Assembly: GCA_965261395.1 (NCBI GenBank)
Contig: OZ253462.1
Span: 4,128,001 to 4,192,000 of the forward strand
Length of the DNA: 64,000 nucleotides
Direction of reading: 5' to 3'
From: Candidatus Latescibacterota bacterium
GTDB lineage: Bacteria > Latescibacterota > UBA2968 > UBA8231
Shown: positions 61,208-64,000 of the stretch, in pieces
Layout of the letters: each line of letters opens with the position of its first letter
How positions within the stretch are numbered: the stretch's first letter is position 1
The notes under the pieces: generated by a model
Database searches by the model: none
The model's input: the letters and a program-made list of their open reading frames with translations, nothing else
What the model was told of the DNA's origin: nothing
Made by a program: the position numbers and the translations under genes

Positions 61208-62206
61208 ATGGCTACGTTTAATGGGGGCCGAATGGTGGCCCTTCTTCTTTCCGTGTTGTTCGCTCTGAACGTGTCTTTCGCTCAGGACGGCAAGAAGACG
61301 GTTGTTGTCTATATGGATGATCCTATTCCGGTTGATGAGCAACTTGCGCCGGAAGCGAGGGAATATCTAGACAAATTGAATGACCCTTTCACTTGGGAGA
61401 CTGAGCAAGATTTTCGGGATGCGAGAGACGCTCAGATAGCCCAGGTGAAGAAGGACAATGAGACGCGGGAACAAAAAGCTGAGGATTTCTTAAGGGAAGA
61501 TATGGCTCAGAATGGTACAAGCTCTTGGTATCCGTCTTGGATTCCTTTGGGCTTTGCTAAAACTTGGGAGGACTCGCTTTTCAAGAATGCTCTAAACCTT
61601 CGGGGGGGGAGGCCCTACATAACAGGTCTAAGGGCGGGCCAACGACAGCTCTTGAGAGAGTTTTTTGAACTGGACGGAACTGAGCCTTACGAAGATAGTC
61701 CTGATGGCTTTCGGAGATGTGATGATACAAAGCCGCGCTGTCGCAAGAACCTTTATTCTCTATTCAGGAGCTTGGTTAACACCTACGACGCGTCCCTAGT
61801 ATCGCCTGACCCAATATCGCCGTCCCTACTATTTCCAGCCCTAATATGGCCGTCCCTACCGCCGTCCCTACCGCCGTCCCTACTATTGCCGGACGCGTCC
61901 CTAGTATCGCCTGATCTAATATCGCCGATTGCTGCTCCTCGCATTATTTCGTTTACGATCGAGGCGGCGTCTTCTACAAGCTCCAGCTTTGGGGATTCTC
62001 TTGGTTATGTGGACGAACTAAATGAAGAAGGAAACCCAGGGCAACCGAGTACGTTCGTAGCGTTTAACTGGGACAGTATTAGGCTTTTGCAGGAAGCGAC
62101 TATAGACCCGGATTCTCTCTCTTTTCATGTTAGGCCGGCGGCTAAGCCTGTCTCTTCCTCTGAGACTTCCTCTTGGGGCCGTATCAAGGAGACATTTGCC
62201 GATTAA
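61208..62206 (+). CDS. Secreted hypothetical protein with Pro-rich repeats and C-terminal SWGRIK motif
   Basis: GAGGAGG RBS, signal peptide ending SFA, lower GC than the flanking core genes. Confidence 0.75.
   Translation: MATFNGGRMVALLLSVLFALNVSFAQDGKKTVVVYMDDPIPVDEQLAPEAREYLDKLNDPFTWETEQDFRDARDAQIAQVKKDNETREQKAEDFLREDMAQNGTSSWYPSWIPLGFAKTWEDSLFKNALNLRGGRPYITGLRAGQRQLLREFFELDGTEPYEDSPDGFRRCDDTKPRCRKNLYSLFRSLVNTYDASLVSPDPISPSLLFPALIWPSLPPSLPPSLLLPDASLVSPDLISPIAAPRIISFTIEAASSTSSSFGDSLGYVDELNEEGNPGQPSTFVAFNWDSIRLLQEATIDPDSLSFHVRPAAKPVSSSETSSWGRIKETFAD
61787..61927 (+). repeat. Degenerate 12/15-bp coding repeats bounded by a 36-bp direct repeat
   Basis: GACGCGTCCCTAGTATCGCCTGAYCYAATATCGCCG at 61787 and 61892; several CCGTCCCTA units between. 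Confidence 0.8.
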
Positions 62207-62426
62207 CCTGTGTGGATATGATAAGTCCCGGTTAGGCAATGGGTCTGGCCGGGACTTAACCATTCTACAACCAGTGCTCAAAGGCCCGTTCCGTTTGCTG
62301 CTCCTTTGAGCGCATACAGCACTCTTTCTCTGGGATATAAGACCGCTTGCGTGGTGAGTGCCTGCTCAGGATTCCGGGGATTAATTGCCTGTTACCACTA
62401 ACCTAGTTAACGAGCTCATTTAAATA

Positions 62427-62660
62427 CTGATGTTACGCAGCTTTTGTCATGCCTGCGAAAGCAGGCATCCAGAGTACCCCTCGGTGGTTCGGGCTTCGGT
62501 GTGCTCCGCCCAACCGCTGAGCGACTCGACTAAGCACCCCGAAGCCTGCCCCCGCGAAAGCGGGGGTCCGCATCGTGCGCGGAACTGGATTCCCGCTTTC
62601 GCGGGAATGACATGAATGGGCGGCAGGAAGCCACAGACGATAACGACTGCGTAACATCAG
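62427..62660. mobile_element. MITE-like non-autonomous element containing REP-like palindromes
   Basis: 14-bp terminal IRs CTGATGTTACGCAG; 7-bp direct repeat TTAAATA at 62420-62426 and 62661-62667; internal GCGAAAGC hairpins. Confidence 0.8.
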
Positions 62661-62690
62661 TTAAATAGAATGAATGGGGAGGATTCTTTT

Positions 62691-64000
62691 ATGAGGTCTT
62701 TAATAGTAAGTCTGATGAGCTTGATGCTTTCTGTTCAAGCGGATACGGCGCAGCAAGCCACTGTTTCTGGTCAGGTGCGGCTTGCCGATGGGTGGCCAGT
62801 GGCCGGGGCACAAGTGACGCTGTTTGACTTGGCTGATTTGCATCAAGGCGCGGTGGCACGGGCGATGACCGATGAGTCTGGGTTTTTCGCGCTGCCGCTG
62901 GCGTCGTTGGGCGGGTCGGCGTTGCCGCAGGGATTTGCCCTAGGACCGAATTATCCCAACCCGTTCAACCCTTCGACAATGATCCCCTATCAACTTCCTA
63001 TGGCCACGCAGGTGCGGCTCGATGTGTTTAACGTGTTGGGACAGCATATTGCAACGCTGGTGGACGTGGAACAGCCGGCCGGTTTTCACGCGGCGCAGTG
63101 GGATGCGACCGATGCGGCGGGACAGGCGATGGCCGCTGGGGTGTATTTCTATCGGTTGACGGTGAGTGGAGGGCAGCAGACCCAGCGGATGGTGCTGGTG
63201 GATGGGCAGGCAGGGATCGCGGCGGCGGCTTCCTCGGCATCGGTGGCGATGCCCACAGAAGCGGCGGAGCGGGAATATGGTCTTGTTGTTTCAGGCGAGG
63301 GCTTGACGACCTACACGGATGCAGCTTTTGGAGTTCGAGTGGGGATGGCAGCGGTAGAGTTGGTCGTGGATGCGGCACCGTTGACGAGCGGCAACGTGTT
63401 GGCAGGGGACATTTGGGGCGATGTGAATAACGATGGGCAGGTGGGTCTGGAAGACGCGATGCTCGTGGTGATGTCCCGCTCCAATCCGTCTATTGCCATG
63501 CCGAACAACGGCAGTATTCTCTTGGGGGATGTCAACGGTGATGGGGCAGTCAATGAGACGGACGTGCTGGTTATTATGAGGTATATATCGAATCCGTTGG
63601 ATGGGGCACTGCCTGCGGGGATCGGTCAAAGGATAGCGAGTGGGAAACGGAATTCGGACGACTCAAGTGAGCCGCCTTCTTGGTCTCCTGATGGTCAGTA
63701 CATCGCCTTCTCGTCGAATCGCGATAGTCGCGATAGTCGCGATAGCGACCATGAGATTTACGTGATGGGTTCGGATGGGAGCGACCCCCGCCGCCTGACC
63801 GACAACTCGGCCTCGGACCAGTCTCCTTCTTGGTCTCCTGATGGTCAGCACATCGCCTTCTCGTCGAGTCACGACGGCAATTATGAGATTTATGTGATGG
63901 GTTCGGATGGGAGCGACCCCCGCCGCCTGACCGACAACTCGGCCTCGGACCAGTCTCCTTCTTGGTCTCCTGATGGTCAGTACATCGCCTTCTCGTCGAG
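62691..64000 (+). CDS. Secreted multidomain protein: carboxypeptidase-regulatory-like, FlgD/T9SS-like domain, dockerin and TolB/PD40 repeats (3'-truncated; absent from ORF track)
   Basis: GGGGAGG RBS; open frame from MRSLIVSLMS; NYPNPFNPST...WDATD...GVYFYRL; GDVNNDG and GDVNGDG; repeated PSWSPDGQ.IAF. Confidence 0.85.
   Translation, partial: MRSLIVSLMSLMLSVQADTAQQATVSGQVRLADGWPVAGAQVTLFDLADLHQGAVARAMTDESGFFALPLASLGGSALPQGFALGPNYPNPFNPSTMIPYQLPMATQVRLDVFNVLGQHIATLVDVEQPAGFHAAQWDATDAAGQAMAAGVYFYRLTVSGGQQTQRMVLVDGQAGIAAAASSASVAMPTEAAEREYGLVVSGEGLTTYTDAAFGVRVGMAAVELVVDAAPLTSGNVLAGDIWGDVNNDGQVGLEDAMLVVMSRSNPSIAMPNNGSILLGDVNGDGAVNETDVLVIMRYISNPLDGALPAGIGQRIASGKRNSDDSSEPPSWSPDGQYIAFSSNRDSRDSRDSDHEIYVMGSDGSDPRRLTDNSASDQSPSWSPDGQHIAFSSSHDGNYEIYVMGSDGSDPRRLTDNSASDQSPSWSPDGQYIAFSS
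63675..64000 (+). repeat. Near-identical 132-bp (44-aa) tandem repeats encoding PD40/TolB blades
   Basis: ATGAGATTTA recurs at 63751 and 63883; units almost identical at DNA level. Confidence 0.9.

Noticed and set aside
63675-64000. Possible CRISPR array
   Set aside because: Repeats are 132-bp in-frame coding units without unique spacers; no cas genes

Overview
GC-rich bacterial chromosomal window. Gene content (FlgD/T9SS-like C-terminal domains, a C-terminal SWGRIK motif, expanded enolase-superfamily and PhyH enzymes, an FCB-type sigma factor and GroES) suggests Latescibacterota/Gemmatimonadota or a relative; this taxonomy is inference. It carries a sugar-acid catabolic cluster (1-5075), tRNA-Lys, tRNA-Arg and tRNA-Leu, and a 12-gene alternative complex III plus caa3 oxidase operon (15786-28028, minus strand). 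Housekeeping genes include smpB, rph, holA, trxA, clpX, clpP, coaE, gcvT, gcvP, gmd and hemL. There is one intact IS4-family element, one MITE-like element and two accessory islets (12.5-15.7 kb and 58.7-64 kb). The best candidate for an undescribed system is a GIY-YIG nuclease plus UDG-fold glycosylase pair next to a TA module, possibly defence against base-modified DNA. Other leads: a PhyH dioxygenase with a halogenase-like HxA motif, an EpmA-like enzyme retaining an OB fold, an AI-2E transporter with an apparently circularly permuted Ig-like insert, and a DnaC-like ATPase fixed between smpB and rph. All family calls were made by eye from motifs; no database searches were run.
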